Assembly: GCF_009834535.1 (NCBI RefSeq)
Contig: NC_045696.1
Span: 82,710,001-82,774,000, forward strand
Length of the DNA: 64,000 nucleotides
Source of the DNA: Camelus ferus
Taxonomy: Eukaryota
Direction: 5' to 3'
Shown here: piece after piece, positions 1 through 13,879 of the stretch
How positions within the stretch are numbered: position 1 is the first letter of the stretch
How the letters are laid out: every line of letters starts with the position of its first letter
Notes under the pieces: model-generated
The model's database searches: none
Told to the model about the DNA's origin: nothing
Seen by the model: the letters and a program-made list of their open reading frames with translations, nothing else
Program-made: the position numbers and the translations under genes

Positions 1-42
1 GAGGTTAATATTAATATCAGTAAATGTGTTCTTGAAAGTAGC

Positions 43-48
<6 letters not shown>

Positions 49-79
<31 letters not shown>

Positions 80-83
80 TGTG
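49..83. repeat. (GT)n microsatellite
   Basis: Uninterrupted (GT)14 at 49-76 plus a degenerate tail. Confidence 0.95.
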
Positions 84-2944
84 AAATCGATAACTAAATT
101 GAAATCCCTCCAAGCTTAAGCTTTTGAGCCATAGGTCTGAGAGAGGTCTCGTTCTGGTGTGAATTATAAAGAGGCATTAGAGGCACCAGTGGAGAAATGC
201 GCTTCAATAGCAAGGAAATCAAAGTTATTTTTCTTATTGAATTTCTTTCTTGCTTAAAAAAATTATGTATTGTATGCAGAGATTAAACATTAACAGTGGT
301 GGAACTTTGTATTTCCCCCTATGCTACCCTGAGGCATATAATTTAATTTATAGGCTGACAAAAATAGTTCCTAAATTAAAAAATGATTTTACACATGTAT
401 ATTTTTCCTATTGATGATAAACCTTGTCCATGGAAGCAGTCATATATGAAAGCAGATTCACCTCCTATTTCACTCCAAGTCTACAAATAAGACTCAACTA
501 CTATGTTCTCTTTGGGATAGTTACAATAGTCATTTCCAGAGAATCTTGCATTGAATTTCTCTAGGTGAAATTATCTAAAGTTAATGAGATTTTTTAAAAT
601 TAAATTTAATTGTTGTACTGTATGTCAAACCTTTTATGGGTTCCTGATTTCAAAACAATGGTGGTATCTCTTAAATAGAATGTTGTGTTCTTTTTTAGTC
701 CTTTTTATTAAATTCATTTATTCTGGAGTTCATGCTTAATCATTTTCAAGAGCATTGTCAAGCTTGTAACAATAAATATTGGAGTTAATTTAAATGAGTC
801 AAAGTTCATTCTCATTTAGCAGCCATCTATTTAAGTAAATCACCTGCCCAGACATTCTCTTGTGTGTAGCAATAAACGGAAATGGCTAGAAACCTATCAC
901 AAAACTTTTAGGGAAGAAATACAGTGTTTTAATGGAGAATCTTTTAAAAGCATAAGATAAATGGTCAGCAACTGATGCCTATTTAACACGTATTTTGTTT
1001 TAAACACTGATAAGTGACTTATATTGAGTTTCTCCAGACCCAACCATACCCTCAGTATAAAAATAATGTAACTTTTCAGATTTTCACTGAATTGTTTTAA
1101 GATGTTAAATATTTTCTCTCTAGGTTGTGAGGTAGTCCTTTGTGGTGAGCTTTTATTTGATGAGAGAGAAACGTTTTATTTATTAATATTTCTCACTTTT
1201 TATAGGAGGCTCTGCTTCTATGACTTCACATGGTCCCCCTGAAAGCTCCCTAGATTGTACTCAGGAAATGTTATTACAAGTCTTTCTGTCATATTTTTTG
1301 AAAAGATGGCTTCCTGTGACTTACATAGAACAGTATGTGATTTCACTGGAATTTTAACATCTCTGTGAAAAGGGTAAAGAGGTCAGGTGGGTTACAATTA
1401 CTATTTTATATAAGATGATCATTAGAAACAGTAAAGCCCAAGAATTCAGGAAAGCTGCTTCGAATTCTAACAAGACCAAATGCTAAAAAATAGAAAATGC
1501 TCACAAACATATTTTGTATAAGTTCTGCCAGTGTCTTATTTCTCTAAATATTATTAAGTAATAAATAATGTCTAAAGACACCGAAATTAAAATTTTTCTT
1601 GTTATAAAAGGATTGAAGTTATAGGAAATTATAGTTTAATAGAAATAGATTATTTTTAAAATAAATTCATTATGCATACATATGTATACATAACATATAA
1701 TGTACAATATTACAATAATGAAGCAAATGTCAGTGTGAATTATCAATTAAGCTGACTATTAAACTCCTCTTATCCAAATCATTTCTTTGGATTAAAACAA
1801 ATAAAAGAAATATAAATAATGAAAACGAATCCTAACAAAAATGACAAAAATTAAGGTACTTCACACATTTCTAGCTATTTCAACTGTGGGTTCCTGAAGT
1901 TGTCTTCTTTTCCTGTATGAATTTGAGCACTTATAGTGAATGTTTACTTCTAGAATATTCAAATGTCTCCAGTGCTTTCACTGGAAAAAGCTTTTCCCAT
2001 TTTATAAAAATGTCTTCCTCAAGCTTCAAGCCCATGCTGAGCTCACCTCGGTTTTTGGCATGCTGACGGAGCACTGAGGGCCAACGGGGGGGACCATGCT
2101 GTATTCTGTTTCAGAAAAGGACTAGGGAAGATTACCATGAGGGAAACTAGCGTGGGGAGTACAGAAAATGCCATCTTTCCCAATTCAAAGTGAAGTTAGT
2201 CTACATTATCCCAAATGCTGAGCTCTTGGCAAGTAGTTCTGAGTTTCTCACTAGCACAATTTCTTTGGTGCCTGTTTTCTCTTGTTTTTTCTCATGGCTT
2301 GTCTGATGTGTATGAGTGGTTCTGTCCCATGGCCAATTTCAGCCTCCTTGTTCAATCCAGTGGTAGGCAGAATTCAGCGTTCATAGTGAAGCATGGAATG
2401 ATTGCTGCCTGAACATAGGGAAAGACGGACCCCTGAAAAAAAATGACTGTGTTTTGTATAAACCAGTGGGGCCATTATTTTCTTATTTGCAACAGACCAG
2501 CAGAACAATGCCCTCTTAGAATTGCAGTACTATTTTTCCAGTTTTAAATTCCCTGTTACCTCAATTGAGGGAGTACAGGCTGAAAAAGGGAAGTTAACAT
2601 AGATTGGTGAATTATGTAATTAAATTCCAAAGATAGATCCTAATGATGGCTTCACCAGCCGTGGCTGAAGAGCTGCATAATCTTTATTCGATGGCTCATT
2701 TTGTCCTCAGAATCCACCTTCAGAGGGTCATTGGCTCCAAGGGGATACTTAACCATTATTTATTTCCCTATCATTTCCTTCCCTTGACACCCACACCCAA
2801 TTAATTCAGCAAACAATTTTTGAAAGTCATAGATGGGTTGAAAGTGTTTGGTTGTCCTCCCACTGTACTTTTGCAGGATCAGCATCCTCCCTGGCCTCAA
2901 CTCTTTCTCTCTTCCAGTAAATGACTGCCTCTTTATCATCAGCT

Positions 2945-3121
2945 GGTGTTCTCCATCGGTGGTCCCTGGCTGCACCTGGAAATCACCTGGGAAGTTTAAA
3001 GAACTTCTGATCCCCAAGGCCCACCCTGATCAATCAAATCAGAATCTTTTGGGGATGGGGTGAGGTCTAGGCATTAGTACTTTTTAAAGCTTCCTAGATG
3101 ATTCCAGCTTTGAGAACCACT
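2945..3121. mobile_element. MER5-type hAT-Charlie non-autonomous DNA transposon
   Basis: Motifs GGCTGCAC..GAAATCACCTGGGAAG, AAATCAGAATCT, TTTAAAGCTTCC..GATGATTC and terminal TTTGAGAACCACT match the recalled MER5A/B consensus. Confidence 0.8.
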
Positions 3122-3547
3122 TTTATAGATGAAACAACCAAATTGTGTCAATTGTTTTATCTTTTTTTGCCTGTTGGTTAATTTTAACCCAGTTAGTTCA
3201 TCCGCAAAGATAGAATTCTTAATTGTATTGTCTCTTTATGTATAATTTCCTGGTGAGCAGTCAAATTGATTCCAGAGCAATGATATTGGTGTTTCAAAGA
3301 GGAAAATTCAAAAGTAGTTATGCAAATTGAGTGGATAAATTAGGATTAAATAAAACCAATACACTAATTCTTTATATGTTTAATCCTATGAGAAAGCAGA
3401 AAAGAGCCAGCAAAAATTTGCACATTCCTTTCTAGAAATGTTTTTAAAAGAAAGTATTGTAAAAAAAGAAAATCACTCAGAAATGAGGGTTAGAGAGTGA
3501 AAAAGAGTAAATGAAATTGCTACTGACTGAGTTTGCTTTTAGGCTTT

Positions 3548-3650
3548 AAAAAAAAAGAAAGCAAGGAAGGAAGGAGGGAAAGAAGGAAGAAAGGAAGAAA
3601 AAAAGGAAGGAAGGAAGGAAAAGAGAAAACAAAAAAGTAGTGAAAAGAAA
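3548..3650. repeat. (GGAA)n / A-rich polypurine tract
   Basis: Degenerate AAGG/GGAA run visible directly. Confidence 0.85.
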
Positions 3651-4247
3651 AGCACTAGGAAACCACAATCATTATATAGAACCTCTTTTTCCCCAAACAG
3701 TATAAATAAAAATTATTTCTAAAATATATTATCAGTAAAATGATTATAAATCAATAAAAATGTTAAAAAATTGTAAGATATACTATCACAATACCAAACA
3801 AATTTAAAAATATTAAAATTTTGTATCTAGCTGTCGTATGGGAAAATAACATTCTTTAACCTTTATTTAATCAGTGAATTACTTTTCATTGCTTAGGAGT
3901 GGGTGAGGCAGAGCTAGATTTGTTTTTCTTTTTGGCACCCAGCCTTTAAAATAAGAAGAAATCAAGTTGGGGGAGGGGTTTCAGCCAAACAACTGAAAGT
4001 TCCCCTTTCTCCTTAATGTCTATTGTGGGTAATTACTATGTTGCCATCCTGTTATTTATCCTACACTTTATTTAATTCCTAAAATATAAGGGCTGCTTTT
4101 CTCGTTGGCTTGTCATATCCCAGCTGTTTGCAGCTTTGACACGGTGCAGTCGATGTGGTTGATGGATTACCTCTTTGTGTCTCTTGTCCCTCCGTCCCCT
4201 CCCCATCCGGCCTAACTTTCTCCAGGCTTTCTTTTTTTCTGCTTCAG

Positions 4248-4293
4248 CCAAGCCTGGTGAACAGTTGATGTTCGATTTGTGCTTCATAAACAT
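4248..4293 (+). other. Candidate small alternative exon (3' boundary uncertain: 4256, 4293 or 4302)
   Basis: CTAAC branch point at 4212-4216, pyrimidine tract and TGCTTCAG acceptor; only weak donors follow (gtgaac, gtatga, gtgagc); tandem TGCATG at 4536-4545. Confidence 0.3.
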
Positions 4294-5974
4294 GTATGAT
4301 CTGTGAGCAAGCCCTTATGTTCTTCCGAATATTTTTGGTGGTCAGGCATAAAGAAAGAGAATGTTGTTAATTCAAATTTCATAAAATAGAATGCTACGGT
4401 TTTGTCAGAACATTAGATTTTTCCAGAATACTTTTTTCTTTTGTTAAGAAAAGTTTTCTTCCCCCTTAATGCCAATGTTTTTCTTCCCTAGTTTGAATTT
4501 TAATGGTATTTTTTACTAAATTTATCTTCTGTGATTGCATGCATGGGTTAGCATAGATTTGGTTAATTTGCTTTGCTAGAAATGAACTCACCACTAGGTA
4601 CTGAATCTGAGTTACCTAATACAAGATTTAAAACGGTGTAGGTAACCAATACATATACTCATTAATAAGCAGGGTTTACTCTGTGTAGGTGTCATTTCAC
4701 AAATGTGTGGGTGTCTGCTCAAAAATTGTTAGCATTCTTTGAAATGCTAAATGTAAATGAAGCCATATGAAATGTCCCATATGATACAGATACTCTATAT
4801 AAAATGTGTATCTGTATATACATGAAAATGTAGTAAAGTTGATAATGTTTTGCCCTAATACTGTGTGAGCCATGCACATACCAAGACAATCTTATACTTG
4901 TTATATCCATTCCTCCTGTGTGCTCATTAATCACTGAGCACTAATAACACGTTTTTTGTCATGGTACAACAAAATTTCTGGCTCTGACTCTTGTTCTGGC
5001 TCATTTACATTGGCCTGCCTGTCAGTTCAAAGCTTCAGGGAATTAATATTGTGAGATTAAAAAAGTGAAGTCCCTTAAACATCCCATCTTATAAACTTGT
5101 GGTTACTTTTTTTCAGGGAGGAAAAAAATATTGTCTCCGAAGGGCAAGGGGCATAAAAGTTTCTTGACCAAGATTTCCCTTTTCCTTCTTCCTTTCCTTT
5201 CCCTGATTAATAGAAGCCCCAGATCCTCCGCGACAACGCTGAGGTTCTAGTAAAACATTACTTTCTAAGAAGTTGCCCCGTGGGATACGTGGCTGAGCTC
5301 TGATGAGCTGCCTGATTATTCTGGATGTCGTTTCCTTGTAGTTCACCTTTGATATGCACTTTTCATCCATTTGCGAATAAGAGTCCATAGAAACCCCTCA
5401 ATAATCCATTGTTGTTTTTTTTTAATATAAAAAAGAAACATTTTCCACAACCATCTGGTTTCTATGTAAATGTGCACAGTGACTCTGGAGCCATCCAAAT
5501 CCCAGGACGCATTGCACTTCCTCACTGACTCTTTTTTGGTGAATCAGAAGAAGAATCAAAAGCCTCTTTGAGGATTACAGAAAAGGAATTCCACATGTGT
5601 TAGTGTGTGCATGTATAGGCAATTTATTTTAGAGAAAAGCTTCACTAAAATCAAATGAGTATAATCTAAACATGCTTTTAAAAGATTAAAATGAAAAAAG
5701 ATGAATCTGGCAAGCCCTTTGAATTTTTATAGTAGGGTCAATTTATGTGGTCCATCCTATGTCTTTCGAGATCAGTCTTAAGCAGGACTTAAGATAAATG
5801 AAGTTTTAAGGTCTCTATCATCTTCCAGTGTGTTATGATACTTGTAAAACTATAGGGAACACTTGCAGTAAACTATCCCTGCCTTCTATTATCATTTACT
5901 CTAAGTTATTTTTGTAGATGTATTCTGTCTTCAAGTTTTTATTACATAAATCCTTTTATCACCTTTTCATGGGG

Positions 5975-6170
5975 ATGATAGTTAATACTTTTATGGCTTT
6001 GTATATTTTACAGGTATTTTTACATACAATATTAGATTCCATATTCAAAGCCACTCTTTTAGGTAGGTATGATGTCTGTTCCCAATTTTTAGATGAGGAA
6101 AACAAAGTTCAGAAAAGTCCCAAACCACCCGGTTGGTTCACAGTTCAAGTTGGGAGCTGAGAATCACGAG
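5975..6170 (-). mobile_element. MIR SINE
   Basis: MIR core on the reverse strand: CCCAATTTTTAGATGAGGAAAACAAAGTTCAGA ... CCCAAA. Confidence 0.75.
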
Positions 6171-6194
6171 TACATTTTGATGACCTTCCCTCTT

Positions 6195-6370
6195 TTTTGA
6201 CTGTGTGGCCAATGACAATTTGCTTAACCTCTGTAAGCCTCATTTGTCTCATTTGCAAATGGAATTAATATCTTTATCTTAGTGGTAGTGGTATAAGGAT
6301 TAAATGTTATATATATATATATAAAATATTTATATAATTCCTGAAACATAATAGACATGATAAGAATGAT
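6195..6370 (+). mobile_element. MIR SINE
   Basis: CTGTGTGGCC..CAATTTGCTTAACCTCTGTAAGCCTCATTTGTCTCATTTGCAAATGG core followed by AGGATTAAATG. Confidence 0.8.
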
Positions 6371-7009
6371 GGGACAGTAATTATTGTCATTAATAGTACT
6401 GTTAGAGGCAGGAGTAGTAATATTTGTGATGACATCATAACTAACATAATTACCTAAAATTTACCTATACTTTAGCTGTAAATATATGGGTAATTGAATA
6501 CCACCATTGGCTAGATTACTTATATGTCTAGGCATTAGTTTATGTATTAATATAAATTCTATGCATGTAAGTATGAAATGAAAGCTTTTTCATCCAAGTT
6601 CAGTAAAATGTTTTTTACGATAGAGGATATTACCTAAATGGCAATGTCACTTATTCTGGTATTATGAAATTTCTTTTCTTGAGATTTTATTTATTTTATA
6701 TTTTGAAACAATCAAAGTCAAGAATAAATTTATTTTTCCCTTGGGACTTTATAGACCTAAGAAAGAAAATTTATTTTTGCTCAACCATTTCAGATGTCAA
6801 TGTGTATCTTCATGGAATCAATCATAGATATTAATTATCATCTGTATGTTCAGATCATAATTTACCTTTAGTCTTTTAGACACAGGATTATGAAAATACT
6901 TCGGGATTTTTTTTCTAGGAGTTTTGCTGTGGAAATGCTCACTTTTTTTTTAACTTAGTCACAGGCTTGTACTTGGTGTGATTATGTTGTTTTCAAGTAA
7001 TAGTTAAGT

Positions 7010-7330
7010 GATCTCCAGATTCTTTCCTCTGCTTGCAATGCCTTTCACTCTTCTTTGTTCAGCTAATTTCTAATGGCCCTTAGATAGTCCACCTACCCAT
7101 CCCCTCTTTAAGAAGTCTTGATTTCTAAAATAGATTTAGATATTCCATTTTTTGGCACACATAAAACTTTGTGAATACTTTCTCTCCTGGTTCCTGTTAT
7201 GCTGTACATTACTTTTCTGCTTACTCATCTACCTTTCTGTTTTGAGTAGACATATTTTCTTACTCAGCTTTAAATACTCATTGTTTGGCATGTAGAAGAT
7301 ATTCAAAATGCTTATGGAATGAGTGAGTAG
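7010..7330 (+). mobile_element. L2 LINE 3' end
   Basis: TTTCCTCTGCTTGCAATGCCTTTC ... TTTGGCATGTAGAAGATATTCAAAATGCTTATGGAATGAGTGA, typical of an L2 tail. Confidence 0.65.
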
Positions 7331-8149
7331 TAATTGCACTTTAACAGTTTCCCCTGTATTCAAAATTTTACAGAATTCTAATTCAAAATTTTCAATTCAA
7401 TTTTCTCTTTAAATTATTGCAATAGAGCACCTCTTAGTCACCAATTTATTTACTAAAGAAAATTGGGGCAGGGCAGGCTACGAAATCCAGCTTTGCTAGG
7501 GACAAGAACTGGCTTGTGAGGCCAGATATAAACTTGAGAGAGAGGGAGAGAGAGAGGTTAGATGGCTTAATTAAATGGAATTCCAGGGGCTTCCCAGAAT
7601 TAAGGTGCCCCCTCAGTGCTCTAGGAGAGATGCATAAAGGACTCGCTCCTGCCCATAGCCAAACAGGTGTTTGCCTGCAGTTTCCACATGGTTTTGAAGG
7701 TAAAAATATTCCAGGTATTTTGAGATATTACCTTGAGTTAATTGAAATTGCATTTGGAACATGTAGAAGGATTTCCCTCCTACACACATAATATGAAGTC
7801 TATGGGGTAGATAGAAATGATTGAAACATAAGTACTATCATATTTTAGAGATTGAAACCCATGATTACTTCTGGAATATCTTAAAGGAACAAATTTTTTG
7901 TTTTGTTTTGTTTTGTTTTGTTTTAGTAGAATTGGAACTAAAGGTCATCAGAGGCAAATCATAGCAGTTTCATGTGCAAAAATTAATACATATGCTATGT
8001 CAAAACCTTGTTCATTGCAATTTTGTAAACTACATTGAGCTATGTGTTATTAATTGAACATACCATGATGAAATAGAACATACCATGTGTTGCAATATGT
8101 CATTAATAAACCATTTATATATTTGCCTATATTCACGGTCTTTATGGCT

Positions 8150-8535
8150 ACCCTACTGAGGTAGGTGGTCCTGGGCTGATGCAGTGATCCCATGAAGCCA
8201 TCAATGACCTATATTCTTTCAGTCTTTCTGCCTCATCATCCTTGGTTGGTGACATTCATTCTTGAAGTTTTCTTTGAGTCACAATATGGCCACTTGAGCT
8301 CCAGCTGTCATATCTAGGTTACAGATATGAAAAAGAAGTAGGACAGGGCAAAAGGCTCAGGCCACTATTTTTGGAAGTTCCACACAACCATTTCTGCTTA
8401 CATTTCATTAACCAGATTTTAATTTCACATGGCCATCATAATCTCAGAAATGCCAATTTTCAGTTGGATACTTTTCTGCTCTCCTTAATGTAAGAGGAGA
8501 AAAAAGGGTATTAGTTAAGAAACTAGCAGTCTATG
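8150..8535 (-). mobile_element. Old MaLR LTR (MLT1K/L-like)
   Basis: GGTAGGTGGTCCTGGGCTG, GTCACAATATGGCC..GAGCTCCAGC, TTCTGCTTACATTTCATT, CACATGGCCA. Confidence 0.7.
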
Positions 8536-9189
8536 TGAGAAGACATTGAGGAAGATTAAAATGAGTTCACCAAAAGAATGATGTATTCCGTCATACCACG
8601 TTAAGTTCAAGTCTCTACAAGAACCCTCCCAGAGATCCTCCTAAGAGGATGGATAGAACACTGTAAGTGACAGATAATTTTCCTAGCTCTCTGGTTATGA
8701 AACTGTAATGAATGTAAGGTATCAGTAGGCAAAGAGGAAAATAAGAAATGGAAGCATTTCCTTTGTATCCTGAAGTTCTCTAAGATAGAAAATCACTCAG
8801 TGGTGCTAGGATTATAAACAAGTTTACCCATTTGACTATAAATTGCATGAAGGTCAGCATTGAGTCTTTCTTCTGTATCACTGTGCCTTTAGATGCCAGC
8901 AAAGAACTTAGCACTTGGCATATCATTGGTGCTTGGTGATATTTTAGGATGAGGGCAAGGATGGAAGCCTTGGTCTAAGGTGGTTGTGAATTTATCAGCT
9001 TACGTGATTCTTCTTTCAACAGGTAGTTCCTTCTCACGATTATTTTCTGAAGGGCAGCATTCATTATTTGTAACCTGATCTGTATCTAAAGTCCATGTAA
9101 TGCCCCCCTGAAACTTCTAGCAAAAGCAGCAAACAGAATGCCATGGAAATGCTTTTGTTTTGTGTCAATAGTATCGAGTTCATGAGCAA

Positions 9190-9395
9190 TGTTTAATAAT
9201 TGGGATATCTTATATAAAGAGTCTGGATTCTGGCTGGACTTGAGGCATTAAAAGATGCTGGCCACTTTGGTCCCACGCTGTGGCCAGGCAACAGTCAGGC
9301 CTCTCACTTCACCACAGCCCCCATGAAGCCAGCGTCAGTCACCTCCCTGACCTGCCTGGCCCCTAAGGACATCTGTTTCTTGGGCCCTGCTCTAG
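9190..9395. mobile_element. MER102-like hAT-Charlie fragment
   Basis: GGCAACAGTCAGG ... ACCACAGCCCCCA ... ACCTGCCTGGCCCCT ... GGCCCTG terminal region. Confidence 0.65.
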
Positions 9396-12254
9396 GCCCC
9401 AGATACTATCTATCTGTATTGGTAGGTGCTTTGTTTACTAGTTAAGGTTTAACTGTACACCTAGTTTTCATTCCGTATGATTCTCCTTCTTACCAAGTCT
9501 GGACCTGTTTGCTTCATGTAACTAGACCAAAACAGCTTACAAAAAAGCTGTGTCATAGGAAAATTCTAATCTTACTTTAACTCAGCAACTGAATGTAATG
9601 TATGGCTTCATTTCTCGGCTGTCTTGCCTGATGGACTGAACTATTTTTGGAATCATTAAAAAGTAATGTCTTTTTTTTCCATAAAATTATTTCTAGTAAG
9701 ATGAATCTCTAATTAAAAAAAAAGTTTAGATTTCTCTAAACCTAAAAAAATTAAAATTTTCTGTTATACCTATGTTTATAAACATCAATATGTTTCCATA
9801 TTAATGTTAAATAACATTTCTTCACCTGAAAGTGGGCTGAGTCACCAGGAAGGAATTCTGTGGAGACCTTGAGATGTTAGCTAAGCAAATAATACTATCC
9901 ACTGGCAGCTTCGGTTTCTACCGTAAGGGGTCTCAAAGTCAGATTTTCAGATGAAAATGGCCTTAAGTTCAGCATTTGATATTAACAGGGTTAAATAGTG
10001 TATTCCATGAAATATTTTAAAAACTCAGGTGATTATGGCTCTGGGTGGGAGGTACCGCAGTCTTCTGCCTTCTCAGTGGAGAAAAGGAGACTGACCCTGT
10101 TTTTTCTGTTACGTTGAACTTGGCCTCTTCGTCCTAGCATTTTCATTTAGCAAGTGGGTACCTCCTTACAGAAGCCACGTCTGCTTTTTTTCCCACATTG
10201 AATTCATGTTGCATTCTGCTCTCTAATAATTTTCATTCTAACATTCTCTACTTTCATAGACTCTGGTTAGATGTCTATCAAATGTAAGTATATTTTAACA
10301 AACTAATAACTTCCTTTTCTGTAATAGAATGTTTTAAAACACTTATATGGTGCTGAATAATTTAGTTCAGTTCTATGATGACAAGACTAAACAAACTTTC
10401 TTAAGAGTTCTGAGTTTTTCATTTCGTTACTTCGTTTTGAGCAAGCAAACAGAGATGAGCTATGAAATCTTAGGACTTTGCCTTGAAACACGATCTGGTT
10501 GACTTATAAAATTTGAGATGTTGACAAAATGTGCAGTCAATAATCAAATAAATGCAGTTACTTCATTTTATGTCAACAGAGAAGGTGAAAAGTGCAACTT
10601 AACTGGCTTGGTAAGGTTGGAAGGAGGGGCTGGGAACACACAAGAGACAACAAAGAGATAGTTGGTAAGATTTAGTGGCTTGCTGCAGCAGGGGTGGTGA
10701 GAAGGCAGTGTGACAAAGTTCAGTCGGGTCAAACAAAGTGCAGAAACTTCCTCATAGACCTTGAAAGGAGGGTTGTCTTGTGAATGTGAAATGTTCAGAT
10801 GTTGTAATCTAAAGACAGCCAATATGATAGTTGATGTGCTGTTTCTGTCTAATCCTGCTGCTCCTTTTGATCCAGGAAGGAAAGAAATCACCTTATCTCT
10901 CATGTACCAGGATGATATAATTAAAATAGGACTTGTTTTTGAAGGGAGGTATTTAAGGGCTTCAAAGAGGGTGTAGAGTGTTGGAGGATCAGCGCATGTC
11001 TACTTCTCACAGGCAGTTATGAGGACACGTTTATTTAGCAAAGACATCCTTGTGAAAGAAGGACGGCCTCAATAATGGTCAAGTGTGTATGTGATGTCAA
11101 TTGTATTACATGCATTGCCTAAGATGTATGCAGTTTACTCCCTGACCTAGATCTTGGCAAAAATACAGGTCATGGTTTTGACGCTATTTTTTTTCCTTCT
11201 GTGAGAAGATATCATTCAACTGGCAAAAAATTCCACAATTTTCATTATGTCTGCAAATCAAGCTACTTCATCACATTACCATGAATACAAATAGCTAAAT
11301 AACTTTTCTTTTGCAAGGCAGAGCATTTATTTCAGATGACCTGATGCCTGTGATTCTGCATATGTGGCTATTTGGCATGCTTTTTGTTTCTGACCCTATA
11401 GTTGACCTTGGAAGTGGCTTGCTTTAACCGTGATGGATGTACCCAAAGATTTATTTTTGTCATCTAAGAGTTGAATCTTAGGCTATTGGAAGCATAAAAA
11501 TTGCTTATTGAAAGTAGGCTTGGCAAACCTTTGCTTTCAAATAATCTTCCAGAAGCTCATCTAATTTTGCTAATTAGCAGGAGATAAAATATACCCACAT
11601 TGTCCTTTACAATGACTTGAACCCCCTGCCCTTCCTTGATGATAATAGTATTAAATACATGTGTACTTATTGCATTGAATATTAATTAACATGAACTGAA
11701 AAGAGAAGATTTTGTTACATGCTAATAACAACACTTCCATGAAATAAATGTTTGATTTCACATAAGTACTTTAATACCCTTTCTGAACTGGTAGAAGTAA
11801 CAATGGTAACATGATTTTAATTTGCTGATCTACTAAAAAATAAGTTTAAATAAACTCCAATTATTGAAGCCTGATTTTAATAAACAAGTTAAGAACGAAA
11901 GAAACATCATTTCTGCGGGAAGCAAAAGGAGAGCATTCAACTGGTAGTGACCTTGTCACTGAAAATTAAGCTCTTTCTCTGAGTCTAAAAATCAAAGCTT
12001 AAAAGGCCAGTCTCTCCATAATATTTCATTAACTTTTCGAAATGAAATACCCATTGATTAGATTTTCTTTCAGATAATAAATTCTACATGTCTACTCTGT
12101 CACTTCAATTACAGTATTTACCTGTACACAAGGAAAATGGTTTTACATCTGAAATTAATATACTTTTTCAAAACAACATACTGCGAAGGTTCAGGTGGTA
12201 TCATTTTTTCTCTCTCTGAATAGAATGCCGCCCCTTTGCTCAAGAGCATCTGTT

Positions 12255-12600
12255 CTTCCTCTTCTGATGTTTTGCCTGGGCTGTTTTCTGCCTCAAGTGC
12301 TCCTTCTGCCCTTCTCTCCATAGATCGTCTACAAAATCTTGCTCATCCTTCAAAGCCCAGTTCAAGCATCCCCTCTACTGTGAACCTCCTCAAGCTCTTT
12401 TTCCAAAGCAGAATAACCCCTCTTCCTCCTCAGGGCTCCTACATGCCGTCAGCACACACTGCTGCTGGGGTCTTTCTTGGGCCGTGTTGCCCCAGTCCTT
12501 TGCTGGCTTCTGAGGTCACTTACGGCTCATCGTCTTCATGTTTTCACTGCTAGGGCCTTGTCCCATGGCCAGCCCAGGGGGCTGTTGAATTGAATTTTGT
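12255..12600 (+). mobile_element. L2 LINE 3' end
   Basis: CTCATCCTTCAAAGCCCAGTTCAAGCATCCCCTCTACTGTGAA ... TGTTGAATTGAAT. Confidence 0.7.
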
Positions 12601-13879
12601 GGTACACATTAAGGCAGTGACAGTGTTTGTTTTGAACCTTGGGTTTCCATTTCTGCTTTAGAGAAAGCAATGCAGGTTCAGGGATCTTTATCTTTTTCAT
12701 AGTTTACATGAAGTATCTCACATCTGGCAACTATCACCCCTAGACCCAATCGTAAGTAACATTCAAAGTAGTTGTTTTACTTCCTTTACTAAAGAGAAGC
12801 TGAAAGGAGCGGCAGACTTTGTCGGCCAACTTTTAGAAAGGAAATACAGGCTGCTCAGACGTCAGAAGATTGTATATATTAGTTGACACAGTGCGTTCAG
12901 TGTTCTTGAAGGATCAAAAACCAAGTTAGTATTGAACACAATTTTCCATCCTCTCCAACTGTCTCAGTTCAGAATCAAGGTTTGTTGGTGTCAGTGTGCT
13001 ATAAAGTAGAATGTCTTGGGGTTTGTCATGGCCATCAAACATGTTTATCCTAAACTATCTCACGGTGCTAAATTTACCCTTTTAAAAGGGATGGCTTGAA
13101 TCATTAAATGCACCCTAAAAAGTGGTGGTGAGGGGTAGATTTTATTTTTCATTTGTTATATCACAGCCCTTATTCAGTATTTCTAAATCCTCCTGCCGAA
13201 GGCAGAGTATAAACATTCACTTGGAATTTGCCTAGCAGAACAGTAACCCACTGGCCCAAAGACCATCCCACCCAGATTCCAGTGGTTGCTGGAAAGACAG
13301 TCCAAGGTTTACTACTACAGGTGAAGCAAACTGGACCCTTAATGGGGCTTCTGTTTTGTGACTGCCCTGCTGCCTCACTGTCACCTTGGGGTGCTTCTGT
13401 TCGCCTCCTGCCCAGAGGCTCGGTGAAGACTTTCGCCATTCATGTAGGAGTTCTCAAAACCACGCTGGGTTCCGTTCCATACTCTGGTATTGGCCCTTCT
13501 GAATGGAGTGCTGTGCCGCCTGGAAATACAAGCCGGGTGTCATGTGAAGGGCTGTTCCTGGAGGAGCCACCATGTGCAAGGCAACTCTGATCTGTACCAA
13601 GTGTGGATTGATTTTACTGCGATGAGGGAGTTGGCAGAAGAGGGAGGAGAGTGGTGGAGAGGAAGCCGTGGAAACGCCCTCAGTAAAAGTTCCCACTGTC
13701 AAATCTTTCTGTTGTTCGAGCAAGTTCTTCGCGGCCAGCTGCATTAGTGATGCCCATTGTCATTACCCTCTTCCTGCACCGGTAGCAGGAAAGTCTTGGT
13801 TCTGAGTTCCTATCATGCTCAGTCATAGGAGAGAAACAGAGTCAAGTGGAAGATATTGCACCAGGGGAGAAGAATCAGA

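Noticed and set aside
5213..5310. Strong pyrimidine tract plus AG followed by CpG-containing sequence
   Set aside because: No good donor nearby and the frames (EAPDPPRQR*, KPQILRDNAEV...) are unrecognised; insufficient support
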